Virus record (IMG/VR): IMGVR_UViG_3300028559_000007
From: an uncultured virus (IMG/VR IMGVR_UViG_3300028559_000007)
Lineage: Duplodnaviria; Heunggongvirae; Uroviricota; Caudoviricetes
Direction: 5' to 3' (one strand)
DNA: 64,000 nt
The notes under the pieces were generated by a model. It saw nothing but the letters and a program-made list of their open reading frames with translations, ran no database searches and was not told the origin of the DNA. The position numbers were made by a program, and so were the translations under genes. Positions within the stretch are counted from its first letter, which is position 1. Each line of letters opens with the position of its first letter. Positions 32,261-42,523 of this stretch are shown here, piece after piece.

Positions 32261-34204
32261 ATGGCTAAATACACTGCATCACCATTAGGTTTAATATCAG
32301 AAGAATCATTTAATTATCAACAACAAACTGGTAATTTAAATAGTTCAAGATTCAGCACAAAAAATACATTAAATAGAAGTCCAGAAAATGGTAATGGGAT
32401 TGTTAGACATCCATTAAGTTTCGGTTCAGTTAGTGATATACATTCGGATGCTGTATATGATATATCAACTTCAAATATTATTACACAATTAGATAAATAT
32501 AATACAATGAGATTAAAATGGGCAGATTTTGCCTATTGTAGGGATTTTGGTGTTTATCCAAATAATAGATTAGTCGTTTGTAGAAGATTTGATCATCCTG
32601 TTATAGATGATTTAACATTTGCGGGTGTTAATATAAATACTGAACCAATTTCAACACTTATCTCTTGGATACCAGATACTGAAAATATATTATCATTTAG
32701 TTTTGGTGAGGTTTGGGTAGATTCACAACCATCATTTAAAGATCTTTTAAATGATGTTGGTAATGATGCTGGCTTAGGATCTATTAATTTTAAATTAGGA
32801 GATGTTTTAGCTTCTGGATCGAATCTTGTACCACTTCCTGGATTTACGGAAGGACTTCAAAGACAAATATTAACAAAAGCTGGATTTATTGATCCTAAAT
32901 CAACTGATATAATACCATCAGGAACTCCAAATTTAATTAAAGAATCTAAACAAAGACAATTAATTAAAGAAGATCAAGCAGGTTCTGGGTTGAGTGGTAA
33001 ATTTTCAGTTAAAATTAAGTGTTCTTGGGAACAAAAGTTTATATCTGGTGTTGATCCAACTTTAATTTACTATGATATTTTACAAACGATATTATCATTT
33101 GGTGGTTCACAAGCTGTTTTTTATTTAGGTAAAAGATCAAGCTTGGGAAAACTTGATGGTATTCTAAAAGATTTTCTAAAACCAGGTGGTGCTACCGATT
33201 TAATAAAAAAGATTGTACAATCATTTGTAGAATCACTAAAAAGTATAATTACAGAAGTTTCTGTTTTGATTGGTAAATTTTTTGACTCAACCTATGGTGA
33301 AAAAGATTCAGGATCTTCTGATAGTTCAAAAGATGCTGATTATTTAGCAAGGATAGAAAAAGAAAAAAATGATAACTTAATTTTAAGCACACAAATTAAA
33401 GTAGGAGGCATATTAAAATCATTTACAGACACCGTACTTAAAAAGTATAGAATACAGGCTTTAGGTGTTGTTACAACATTAACTGGTTTACCATCAACTC
33501 CTTGGCATATAACAATTGGCAATCCACTTAGACCAATATTTTCAAGTGGTGATATGTTAACTCAAGATGTTACTGTTAATTTAGGTCCACAATTAGCTTT
33601 TAACGATCTACCATCATTTATAGAGTGTGAATTCACTCTTGTTAGTGCTAGAAACTTAGGAACAGATGAGATAATGGAAAAATTAAGTTCTAGTGGAATA
33701 AGAGTTTCTAATGAACATCCAACATTTTGGAATGCTGACCCGGATCCAGGATACCCACCAATAAAAAATATTATAGATAATTTACCTTTAACTCCACTTC
33801 CACCGACTGATGGAAAAGAAGAAGATACTCAGGCAAATTCAAATGGTCCTATTCAATCTAGTTCAGACCAATCAAAAGTTGGTAGTGAAAATTCAACTGG
33901 AACATCATCAACAACTGGACAAACTGTTAATTCGGATCCTAATAGTTCAGACTCTGTTTTAGGAAAAACAGACTTGCCAAAATCAAATGAAGAAGCATAT
34001 ACTGTTAAACCCGGAGATAGTATTTGGAAAATAGCTAAAAACAAATTAGGACCAAATGCTACAAATGCTGAAATAAATGCTGAGAAGAATAGAATTATTT
34101 CTAAAAATAAAAATAAAAATCCAGCTGAGGCTGATGGAATTGTTAAATCCGGACAAGATAGTGATCCAGATTTCCTTCAAGTTGGTGATAAATTAATTAT
34201 ATAA
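32261..34204 (+). CDS. Tail/baseplate protein with C-terminal LysM domain
   Basis: YTVKPGDSIWKIA..LQVGDKLII; baseplate context. Confidence 0.75.
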   Translation: MAKYTASPLGLISEESFNYQQQTGNLNSSRFSTKNTLNRSPENGNGIVRHPLSFGSVSDIHSDAVYDISTSNIITQLDKYNTMRLKWADFAYCRDFGVYPNNRLVVCRRFDHPVIDDLTFAGVNINTEPISTLISWIPDTENILSFSFGEVWVDSQPSFKDLLNDVGNDAGLGSINFKLGDVLASGSNLVPLPGFTEGLQRQILTKAGFIDPKSTDIIPSGTPNLIKESKQRQLIKEDQAGSGLSGKFSVKIKCSWEQKFISGVDPTLIYYDILQTILSFGGSQAVFYLGKRSSLGKLDGILKDFLKPGGATDLIKKIVQSFVESLKSIITEVSVLIGKFFDSTYGEKDSGSSDSSKDADYLARIEKEKNDNLILSTQIKVGGILKSFTDTVLKKYRIQALGVVTTLTGLPSTPWHITIGNPLRPIFSSGDMLTQDVTVNLGPQLAFNDLPSFIECEFTLVSARNLGTDEIMEKLSSSGIRVSNEHPTFWNADPDPGYPPIKNIIDNLPLTPLPPTDGKEEDTQANSNGPIQSSSDQSKVGSENSTGTSSTTGQTVNSDPNSSDSVLGKTDLPKSNEEAYTVKPGDSIWKIAKNKLGPNATNAEINAEKNRIISKNKNKNPAEADGIVKSGQDSDPDFLQVGDKLII

Positions 34205-34681
34205 ATGAAAATAGATGACATAGATAAACTTAAAAGATCTTCGAATGATAATTTATATGATTTGACTAAATTAACTTTTAGATCAACATTTGATGGTTTA
34301 AATTTTGGTGAATATAAAATTCAAAAAGGAGAAGAAATGAGGATTGACTTAATTTGTCAATCGATATATGGTAATATTGATTATATCGATATTATTTTAA
34401 ATATAAATAATATAAGCAATCCATTAAATGTTAAAGAAGGAACTATAATTATTTATCCAACTGCTGATTCTATAACAGAACTTAGAATAAAAGATAGTAA
34501 AAGTAATAATATTCAAATTAGTTTATCAAGTGGTAATAAAGCATCTACACCGGATCCATCAAGACAAAAATATGTTGAAGAGAATTATTCACTACCACCA
34601 ACTATAATGGATAAACCTACAGAACAAGTTACCGTATCAGGAGATACTATTAAAATAGGAAACGGATTATTTAATAAATAA
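34205..34681 (+). CDS. Baseplate wedge protein (gp53-like)
   Basis: EMRIDLICQSIYGN..ILNINNISNP..GT.I.YP. Confidence 0.75.
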   Translation: MKIDDIDKLKRSSNDNLYDLTKLTFRSTFDGLNFGEYKIQKGEEMRIDLICQSIYGNIDYIDIILNINNISNPLNVKEGTIIIYPTADSITELRIKDSKSNNIQISLSSGNKASTPDPSRQKYVEENYSLPPTIMDKPTEQVTVSGDTIKIGNGLFNK

Positions 34682-34684
34682 TCT

Positions 34685-36961
34685 ATGTCTTATGAAATTA
34701 AAAATGGTAATATTGTTGCCAAAGGTACTGATGGTAATATAAGAAACTTTAACAAACAATCTGTTGATGCGATAATATCAGAATGTAAAAGAAAGGGAGT
34801 TACTAATAAATATATTATAGCTGGAATTTTAGCAACTATATCAAAAGAGTCTGCATTTATACCACAAAGTGAAAATTTAAATTATAGTGCAGATGGACTT
34901 AGAAAAACATTTCCATCATATTTTGGTGGTAAAAATACAAAATCTGGTATTAATGCTAATGATTATGCCAAAAAGCCAGAAAAAATAGCTAACTATATAT
35001 ACGGTTCAAGAGGAGGAAATGAAAATCCTGGTGACGGATGGAAGTTTAGAGGAAGAGGATTTAATCAAATAACTTTTAAAAGTAATTATAAATTATATGG
35101 TAAAAATATACCTGGGTTAATTGAAAATCCTGATTTATTAAATCAAATAGGACCTGCGGCTGTTTCTTGTGTAGCTTTTTATGTTGAGGGTGATTTTAAA
35201 AGTAAAGATAAGATAAAAAAGAAATTTGGAAAATCATCTATAAGTGATTTTAATGATTGGAATGAAGCTCTACTTTGTATAATAAATATGACAGCTGGTT
35301 TTGGAAATTCAGCTAATAGTCAAGTTGTTAGATATAATTATGATAAAGCTAAATTGTGTCATGGTTTTTTAATTGATTATTTAGAGAAAAATCCACAAGG
35401 AACAACTGCTCCACCACCAGATAATGTATCAAATACTGATAATAATATTTCACAAGATCAAGAAAATCAAAATGACCAGCAAGATAGTACAAATTCTGAT
35501 AATAATTTTAATGATAGTCCTTTAAATAATGGTCAACCTATAAAAAATTTAACACAGTTTTTTAAACCATCTATTAAGCCTATGAATATTCAATTTGATA
35601 TAGAGTCTAGTAAAAATGATAAAAATAAGATTGCTAAACAATCCGGATATATACCATTTGTTTGGTATAATGGTGTTCAAATATCATACCAGGATGTTTT
35701 AAAATTTAATTTATATCATAAAGGAATCCTACCAGCAATAGAAATAACAATTTTAGATAGCTGGGGAATTCTCAGAGAAGATGGATTTCCACATGATGAT
35801 ACAAGTGTTTCAATATATTTAAATTCAAAATCATTAAATTTAAGATCTATAAATATGGATTTTAAAATTTTAGATTTTAAATTTAATGGTAATAATACTT
35901 ATGTTATATCCGGAATATGTAATATTCCTCAAATTTATTTGAGAAAATTTCTAAGCTATGGATCTAAAACATCACATGAAACGATTCAAGAAATTGCTAA
36001 ACAATGTGAATTAGGATTTTGTTCTAATATAAATAATAGTGATGATAAAATGACTTGGATAAATCCCGGTTTTAGAAAATTAGAATTTATTGAGGATGTT
36101 ATTAATAATTCATATGTATCAGAAACATCTTTTCAATATTGCTATATTGATTATTATTATAACATATGTTATATTGACTTAAACAAAGAGCTAGAAAGAG
36201 ATGTTTCTCAAGATAAAATGGTAACCGGGTTTGGATATAAGTTTTTATCCGAAGAAGATTCGGATATAGATGAAGAAACAACAAATCTTATTTTATCTAA
36301 CGATAGAAGTATAAAAGAATCAATTGCTTATTTTTCAAAATTTGATATAATTAATAAATCAACAAAAGTTTCTTTACAAAAAGCTTATAGAACAAGAACT
36401 AAATATTATGATTCAATTAAAAAAGAATTATTGATGTTTGATATAGAATCACAAACATCAGATGGTAGTAAATCCATAATATTAAAAGGATCATTAAATG
36501 ATGAGAAGTTTTTTGAAGAAAATTCAACTAGTACATATGTTGGTAAATTCGATCCATTTGATAATGGTGAAGGAAATGTTCATAAAAACTTTAATTATTC
36601 AATACCACAAAATAGACAAAATTTAGATGATATTACTAAAATATCTTGTATATTGACACTTCCAAGTAATAATTTTAATCTTTATGTTTATCAAAAAATA
36701 CCAATCTATTTTTCTCCTCAAAAACAAACACCCACAATTCAGAATGAATTTTATAAAAGAATATCCGGAGATTGGTTGATTACAAGTATAGAGTTTGAAT
36801 ATGAGGGAGGTAAAACAAATCAAGTAGTAAAAGCAATAAAAAGAGAACTCTCTCTATTACAAGAAGAAGCAAAAGAATCAAAAACAAGAAAAGATAAAAA
36901 ATCTGGTAATAGTAATAATGAAAATAATATAAATGAATTATCTCCAAATGATATTATTTAA
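34685..36961 (+). CDS. GH19 lysozyme/chitinase domain fused to a baseplate-hub-like domain
   Basis: KES..ENLNYS, GDGWKFRGRGFNQIT.K.NY; C-terminal ISGDWLITSIEF hub-like end. Confidence 0.85.
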   Translation: MSYEIKNGNIVAKGTDGNIRNFNKQSVDAIISECKRKGVTNKYIIAGILATISKESAFIPQSENLNYSADGLRKTFPSYFGGKNTKSGINANDYAKKPEKIANYIYGSRGGNENPGDGWKFRGRGFNQITFKSNYKLYGKNIPGLIENPDLLNQIGPAAVSCVAFYVEGDFKSKDKIKKKFGKSSISDFNDWNEALLCIINMTAGFGNSANSQVVRYNYDKAKLCHGFLIDYLEKNPQGTTAPPPDNVSNTDNNISQDQENQNDQQDSTNSDNNFNDSPLNNGQPIKNLTQFFKPSIKPMNIQFDIESSKNDKNKIAKQSGYIPFVWYNGVQISYQDVLKFNLYHKGILPAIEITILDSWGILREDGFPHDDTSVSIYLNSKSLNLRSINMDFKILDFKFNGNNTYVISGICNIPQIYLRKFLSYGSKTSHETIQEIAKQCELGFCSNINNSDDKMTWINPGFRKLEFIEDVINNSYVSETSFQYCYIDYYYNICYIDLNKELERDVSQDKMVTGFGYKFLSEEDSDIDEETTNLILSNDRSIKESIAYFSKFDIINKSTKVSLQKAYRTRTKYYDSIKKELLMFDIESQTSDGSKSIILKGSLNDEKFFEENSTSTYVGKFDPFDNGEGNVHKNFNYSIPQNRQNLDDITKISCILTLPSNNFNLYVYQKIPIYFSPQKQTPTIQNEFYKRISGDWLITSIEFEYEGGKTNQVVKAIKRELSLLQEEAKESKTRKDKKSGNSNNENNINELSPNDII

Positions 36962-36978
36962 AATTTAATATATAGTAG

Positions 36979-37608
36979 ATGAAATGGATTAAAGGATTTA
37001 AAAAGTATAAGGAATCATTACATATCAATTTGACTTATAATAATGTAGATTTGATGGAATCTTTAAATATATGGCATGATGTTTTAATGACTTCAATTTC
37101 AGCGGAAAAAGTAGACTTATTAACTACAATTAAATTATCTGATAATTTTAAAGATAAATTAGATTTAGATATATTAGTAGATAATAGTGAATTTATAAAT
37201 TCATTATCTTCTATTGGATTAAAAAAATCAGCAATAAATAATTCTGATGATTTTCAAACATTTATTAATAAACCTTGTAAATTTATGTTTTTATATGATT
37301 TCAATTCTAATGAATTAGAAAATCCAGAATATATTCTTTTTCAAACTTGGAATGAAACATTAAAAGAATGGGAAGAAACTAAGCTTTTTAAGGTTAAAGA
37401 TGATATTAAAAAATTTTATGATAAATTAACCAGTAAAACAATTGAAATAGTAGATGGTGCTGAAAATTATATCTATTCTACTTCAAATGGAAATGATTGG
37501 GAACTTCAAAATTTAGATAAAAGTAATGATACTTATAAAAAAACTTTTAGAAAAGAAGAATTACAGGATATTTTAAATAATAATAAAGTTACTTTAAATA
37601 TTATTTAA
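36979..37608 (+). CDS. Hypothetical protein, capsid-targeting-like N-terminus
   Basis: MKWIKGFKKYKES. Confidence 0.65.
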   Translation: MKWIKGFKKYKESLHINLTYNNVDLMESLNIWHDVLMTSISAEKVDLLTTIKLSDNFKDKLDLDILVDNSEFINSLSSIGLKKSAINNSDDFQTFINKPCKFMFLYDFNSNELENPEYILFQTWNETLKEWEETKLFKVKDDIKKFYDKLTSKTIEIVDGAENYIYSTSNGNDWELQNLDKSNDTYKKTFRKEELQDILNNNKVTLNII

Positions 37609-38185
37609 TTTTATTTTCAATGAAGTTAAGAATTATTTTTAATTTGTCAATATCATTATCACATTTTAACCACTTAAATGTATATGTCGATTCTATGAAA
37701 TTAATTTGACTTTTATACTTTTCAATTCTTTCTTTTATTTTTAATATTTCATTATCAGACCAATTAAAATCTATCATTAGTTCTGAACAAACTTTATATA
37801 ATGTTATTAAATCGTTAGATTCATAAGCTCCAGTAGATTCTAAATATAATTCATTTAATTTTGTATTTTTAATTATATCAGGATGTGTAGATTTTACAAT
37901 TTCTCTATAAATCTTTTTAATTTCTAAACTATGTGTTGGTTTATGAATTATTTCATCAATTTCTATTTTTGAAATATTTTCTATTTTTAATAATGTTTTT
38001 TCTGAAATATTTTTATTATCCCATACTTTCTTAATATCTGGATATTTTTCTAGAATAACATTTACAGAATTTAAAAATATTTTATCACTTTCTTTTATCA
38101 CTTCTGATTGATATAAGTAATCTGATTCAACAAATTGTAATTCTTTTATTATTCTTTGAAATTCTAAATATTTAAGATTATACAT
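37601..38185 (-). CDS. J-domain-like protein
   Basis: IKKIYREIVKSTHPD. Confidence 0.7.
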   Translation of the reverse strand: MYNLKYLEFQRIIKELQFVESDYLYQSEVIKESDKIFLNSVNVILEKYPDIKKVWDNKNISEKTLLKIENISKIEIDEIIHKPTHSLEIKKIYREIVKSTHPDIIKNTKLNELYLESTGAYESNDLITLYKVCSELMIDFNWSDNEILKIKERIEKYKSQINFIESTYTFKWLKCDNDIDKLKIILNFIENKIK

Positions 38186-38245
38186 TTATATTGATATTAA
38201 AATAATACTTTGATGTTTTAATATATAATAAAATTATAATTATAG

Positions 38246-39079
38246 ATGAAAGATATTTCTTTATATGAACTTTATGTTCTACTTGAAAAAATGAAAAATG
38301 GAAATTATAGCAATTCTGATATCAAAATAGTAGAAAGACTTATTGATAAAAAGGAAAGAATCTTTGAAGATACTTCAGCTACCGGTGGACCTTCTGGTTC
38401 AGCAGGTTCATCTAGTGTTGGATTTGGAGGAGGCGGAGTATCGCTTGCAAATGCATCAACTGCTGGCATGGGTGGAGTTGTATCATCACAACCATCAGCT
38501 TTTCCAGGATCTTTAAATGGTGCTAATTGGATTAATGGTGGTGGTAAAGAAGGATCAGGAGATATTTCAGTTCCTTATAATCCAAGCGGTGCTAATAGAA
38601 TGTTTCAAAAAATGCCTGGAGGTAGAAAAAGAAAAGAAGGTGATCCAAATGTAATTACTAAAAAATCAAGACACAAACAATTAGATATGAAAACAATTAA
38701 AGATATGTTATCAAATAAAAAATCCTCAGGTAAAATAATGAATTTTAGTGATTTTGAAAATAAAACACTTACTACAAAAGTAACTAAAGTTAAAGAGGGT
38801 AAAGCGTATAAAGCAGTTAACTCAAAAGATAATGATATCAAGATATCATCTTTTCAGGACAAAATAGAATCACATATTAAAGGATTAGGGGCTAAGACTA
38901 AAAAAGTTGGAAGTGATTTTGAAATTCATTTTGGTGATGAACATATTGGTCAAGTTATGTTTAGAGAAGATTATATAGGTGTTAAAAAACAAGGAAATAA
39001 ATTTCCGAAGGAATTTGAATATACAGAACTTGGTAAAATTAAATCTGAAATAACAGACATTATAAAAAATTCTAAATAA
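38246..39079 (+). CDS. Hypothetical protein with Gly/Ser-rich segment
   Basis: ORF after TAATATATA. Confidence 0.65.
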   Translation: MKDISLYELYVLLEKMKNGNYSNSDIKIVERLIDKKERIFEDTSATGGPSGSAGSSSVGFGGGGVSLANASTAGMGGVVSSQPSAFPGSLNGANWINGGGKEGSGDISVPYNPSGANRMFQKMPGGRKRKEGDPNVITKKSRHKQLDMKTIKDMLSNKKSSGKIMNFSDFENKTLTTKVTKVKEGKAYKAVNSKDNDIKISSFQDKIESHIKGLGAKTKKVGSDFEIHFGDEHIGQVMFREDYIGVKKQGNKFPKEFEYTELGKIKSEITDIIKNSK

Positions 39080-39086
39080 TTTTAAC

Positions 39087-39842
39087 ATGAGGATTAAATT
39101 ATTTGAAAATTTCAAAAATGAAGAATTACTTGAAAATGCCAAAGAATGTTTTCAAGATTTATTTGATGAAGACATTGCAGAATTGACAGATTCTGAACAA
39201 TTTACAGAAGAATATAAATCATCTGTAATAATATGTTGTACAGTTCCATGTGATGAAACATCATCTTCGTCATTTGATAATTTTTTTAATCAAAAGAAAA
39301 AACATTTTGATGTTTTATCACAAATAAAAGACTGTTTAGAACGACTAAGAAAAGCTCACCCTGAAGAAATTGATATTAATTTTGATTATAGTGAAGACAG
39401 TAATGGAGATCTTCAAATTAATCTTTATATAAATGAAGGAACTCCAGAGGCTGGAGATTTTTGGAAAATAGGAAAAGATGTTTTATTAAGATTGGATTTT
39501 GATAATTTAAAAGAATACTTAAAGATACCTAAAAATTGCATAATAACAATGTCAACTACAGGAAGAAATAATTTATTAAATATTTATTTTAAAAATCAAG
39601 AAGAACTTGAATCATATCAGAAAAAAACAATTGAGGATTTTTTAAATATTAAAATAAATGGTATAGAATTAACCTCTTCAACAAATTGGGTTTATCCACC
39701 ATCTAACCCAGAAGATACGGGTAGATATAAAATACATAAAAACTACAATAGACATCGTAGTACAGGTTATTATGATGATAAAAAAGATATAGTTAATTAT
39801 ATTGAATTTTGTTTAAATCCAGAATTTGATATCTCTTGGTAA
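39087..39842 (+). CDS. Hypothetical protein, capsid-targeting-like N-terminus
   Basis: MRIKLFENFKNE. Confidence 0.65.
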   Translation: MRIKLFENFKNEELLENAKECFQDLFDEDIAELTDSEQFTEEYKSSVIICCTVPCDETSSSSFDNFFNQKKKHFDVLSQIKDCLERLRKAHPEEIDINFDYSEDSNGDLQINLYINEGTPEAGDFWKIGKDVLLRLDFDNLKEYLKIPKNCIITMSTTGRNNLLNIYFKNQEELESYQKKTIEDFLNIKINGIELTSSTNWVYPPSNPEDTGRYKIHKNYNRHRSTGYYDDKKDIVNYIEFCLNPEFDISW

Positions 39843-39843
39843 T

Positions 39844-40386
39844 CTAGTCCATTAGATTATAAATATCTTCCACTGTGAATTCCGAATCTGTTATTTTTAA
39901 ATCGTAGTCTTTAAAGTTTTTAAAATCTATTTCATCTGCATCTAATCTTCTAACAATAGAATCATTTCTATCATCTCTTTTAAAGAGCCTGGATTCTCTA
40001 ACTAATCTATCTATATCTAGATAAACAACAAAACACTTCTTTCTTTGATCTTCTGATATATTACTGAGTTCTCCAGGTGTCATTATAAAAACTTGTGAAT
40101 CATTAAATTCTTGATTAGTTATTCCATAATACCAAGTTTCAGGTGAAGAATTTTCAGGAGTCACATTAAATGTTTGATGTACTAAGAACTTATTTTTATT
40201 TATCGATTGTATAAACTCAGACTCTGATATAAAATTATAAGTAATTCCCTGAATCTCATTTTTTCTTTGAGGACGAGTTGTTGTTTTAAGACATCCCCTT
40301 AAACCCTTGGCGACAAGGCCTCTCATAAGATAATCTTTCCCAGATCCACTTGGTGCGATTATTAAACACTTTTCTTTTTTATTCAT
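39844..40386 (-). CDS. gmk: Guanylate kinase-like protein
   Basis: APSGSGKD P-loop, TTTRPQRKNE..G..Y.F, WYYG. Confidence 0.85.
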   Translation of the reverse strand: MNKKEKCLIIAPSGSGKDYLMRGLVAKGLRGCLKTTTRPQRKNEIQGITYNFISESEFIQSINKNKFLVHQTFNVTPENSSPETWYYGITNQEFNDSQVFIMTPGELSNISEDQRKKCFVVYLDIDRLVRESRLFKRDDRNDSIVRRLDADEIDFKNFKDYDLKITDSEFTVEDIYNLMD

Positions 40387-40430
40387 TAAACTATTATTTT
40401 TAGTTTTCTATTAAAAATAATGTTACTTGT

Positions 40431-41216
40431 TTATACATATTTCCATATATAACCACCAGCGGTTTTAACCTTACCTTTACAACAAGCACATATATTAACA
40501 CTTAATATATTTGTTTCTTTTTCAGCCATTTTTATTGATGAGTATCTATTTATCTCATTTAAATTCTTATCAAATTGAATAACTTGCTTTCTTAGAAACC
40601 TAATCTCAACCTTATTTAAATCTACATCATTATCATATTTCCAAATAAACCCCCTATGATGATTCCTCTTACCTTTAAGACAATTAGATATTTTAGAAGC
40701 ACTGAAATATCCACCACTTTCAAATATAGCATCACTAATACACTTATATCTTTTTATTTGATTATAATCAGTATCGTATTGAATTATTGGTTTATAACTA
40801 GCAACATTAGAAATTCCAATTAATTTATTTTTAATTTTCTGTTTAGTTTCGTCACTACAAGCAATACCTTTATTATGAGGTATATTACCCTTTTTAAATG
40901 ATCCCTTATTACCAAAAGTCGAACCATCCCCACCTAATGTATAATTAACTAAATCAAATCCCCATGTTTTAAATAAAGAGATATAGAATTTCTCCCAATA
41001 ATGCCATTCAATAATTGGAACCTCATCTATAATAATTAATTCTGGTCTAAAACCATCCTTTCTAATACTATTTATCCAATTTCTTTTGTGTGTGTTTTTA
41101 TCTCTTGATGAATTGAAATGATTTGTATATCTATCTTTTGGATTATTAGCCTTACCAATATATCTAACTTGATTAGTTCTTGGATCAGATAAAGCATATA
41201 TGAAAACATTTTGCAT
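40431..41216 (-). CDS. GIY-YIG homing endonuclease with NUMOD-type repeats
   Basis: FIYAL..RYIGKA..R; two I.QYD..CxKG..GxIWKY repeats. Confidence 0.88.
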   Translation of the reverse strand: MQNVFIYALSDPRTNQVRYIGKANNPKDRYTNHFNSSRDKNTHKRNWINSIRKDGFRPELIIIDEVPIIEWHYWEKFYISLFKTWGFDLVNYTLGGDGSTFGNKGSFKKGNIPHNKGIACSDETKQKIKNKLIGISNVASYKPIIQYDTDYNQIKRYKCISDAIFESGGYFSASKISNCLKGKRNHHRGFIWKYDNDVDLNKVEIRFLRKQVIQFDKNLNEINRYSSIKMAEKETNILSVNICACCKGKVKTAGGYIWKYV

Positions 41217-41261
41217 TATTTATATATTAAACACAGTTCCTCCTTTACCGAATATTATCGA

Positions 41262-41987
41262 TTAAGGTTCTTTATAAGTTTTACCACCCTCTATTATAAC
41301 CAACCCCTTTAATTGACCGTTTATTGAATTACAAACACTTTGAGAATTTGAAATTGTATTTTCTAATATTGAAAGTAAAATATTTAATATAGAATACATC
41401 TTTAAAAGATTCTTCTTACTTTCATAAAATTGAGAATTTGAAATACTTTCAATCAAATCAATAGTTAATGTTATAGTATCATTATTTTTTGATTTCATTT
41501 TTAAAACAATTATTTTTGGAATATTTGCTTCTTCACATTCTTTTTCATATTCCCATACTATTTTATTAATTAATTCCAATAAATTTTTCCATAGTTGAGA
41601 CTGATCCATATTATGGTAATCTCTATTTTGTACAAATTCTGAAAGTCCTTTTTTATAACATTTTAGGAAAATTGTTAAATATCTTTTAAAAATAACTGTT
41701 CTATATTCAGTTGAAAATTGAAAAGTTGGAACTTTTGAATATGTCCAGAAGTCTATATAGTTAAAAATATCATGATTTATGATATCAGATTCTGAAATCT
41801 CACCATTTGGTATTTCTTTAACCTTCTTTTTTATAAAAAATTGTATTATTTTATCTGTTGCTTTAGACCACCAATCTGAGAACCAACTAGTTTTAATAAT
41901 TGTCCCAATAGTAAATAATATAATCCCGAATAGTAGTCCTCTGATCCCGTAAGCACTTAAAAGCTTATATAATTCTTGTGTTTCCAT
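41262..41987 (-). CDS. Membrane-anchored hypothetical protein
   Basis: N-terminal hydrophobic helix. Confidence 0.6.
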   Translation of the reverse strand: METQELYKLLSAYGIRGLLFGIILFTIGTIIKTSWFSDWWSKATDKIIQFFIKKKVKEIPNGEISESDIINHDIFNYIDFWTYSKVPTFQFSTEYRTVIFKRYLTIFLKCYKKGLSEFVQNRDYHNMDQSQLWKNLLELINKIVWEYEKECEEANIPKIIVLKMKSKNNDTITLTIDLIESISNSQFYESKKNLLKMYSILNILLSILENTISNSQSVCNSINGQLKGLVIIEGGKTYKEP

Positions 41988-42011
41988 ATAATATATATTA
42001 ATTTAATAACA

Positions 42012-42140
42012 ACAAAAATCCCTTAGTGTTTAAATCTAAGGGATTTGCGACACTTGATGAGGATAGCGAATCACATCTGGCCTAAACTTAGCGGTCCTAA
42101 GTCATATTTTAAATAATAATGGATTATTCCATTTAAAAAT
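42012..42140 (-). ncRNA. Candidate small RNA between a late motif and an intrinsic terminator
   Basis: TAATATATA at 42141-42149 (minus), hairpins including ACTTAG-GACCG-CTAAGT, terminator AAATCCCTTAG/CTAAGGGATTT with U-tract; no sizeable ORF. Confidence 0.5.
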
Positions 42141-42198
42141 TATATATTAAGAAGGTATATCTACAATTAATATATAATTAAAAATTAAATAAAAACTT

Positions 42199-42516
42199 AT
42201 GGATATTCGTTATAATATTAATAGAATTCATTCAATACTTTCTTCTGAACATGAAGATGTCGAAATAAAAGAAAAATCATCTTTAAAATTTGGAAATTAT
42301 TTTGAGATTTTAATTAAAGAATCAAAAGAAGTTAAAATTATTATTCCTAATAGAAGTATTGATAATGTCTATAATTTTAATTTTTTTTATTACTCAAATC
42401 CTCTGAATGAAGAATCAGATTTAATAACTAGAAATACTGATGTTGAAAGTATCAATTTAGTAATTGAAGATATTATATCTAATAATAGATTTTCAGAAGA
42501 ATATTTAAAAAGATAA
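42199..42516 (+). CDS. Hypothetical protein
   Basis: ORF. Confidence 0.6.
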   Translation: MDIRYNINRIHSILSSEHEDVEIKEKSSLKFGNYFEILIKESKEVKIIIPNRSIDNVYNFNFFYYSNPLNEESDLITRNTDVESINLVIEDIISNNRFSEEYLKR

Positions 42517-42523
42517 TTAAATT

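Noticed and set aside
40431..41216. GIY-YIG gene as intron-encoded
   Set aside because: Flanking genes are complete and spacers are under 50 nt, so it is free-standing
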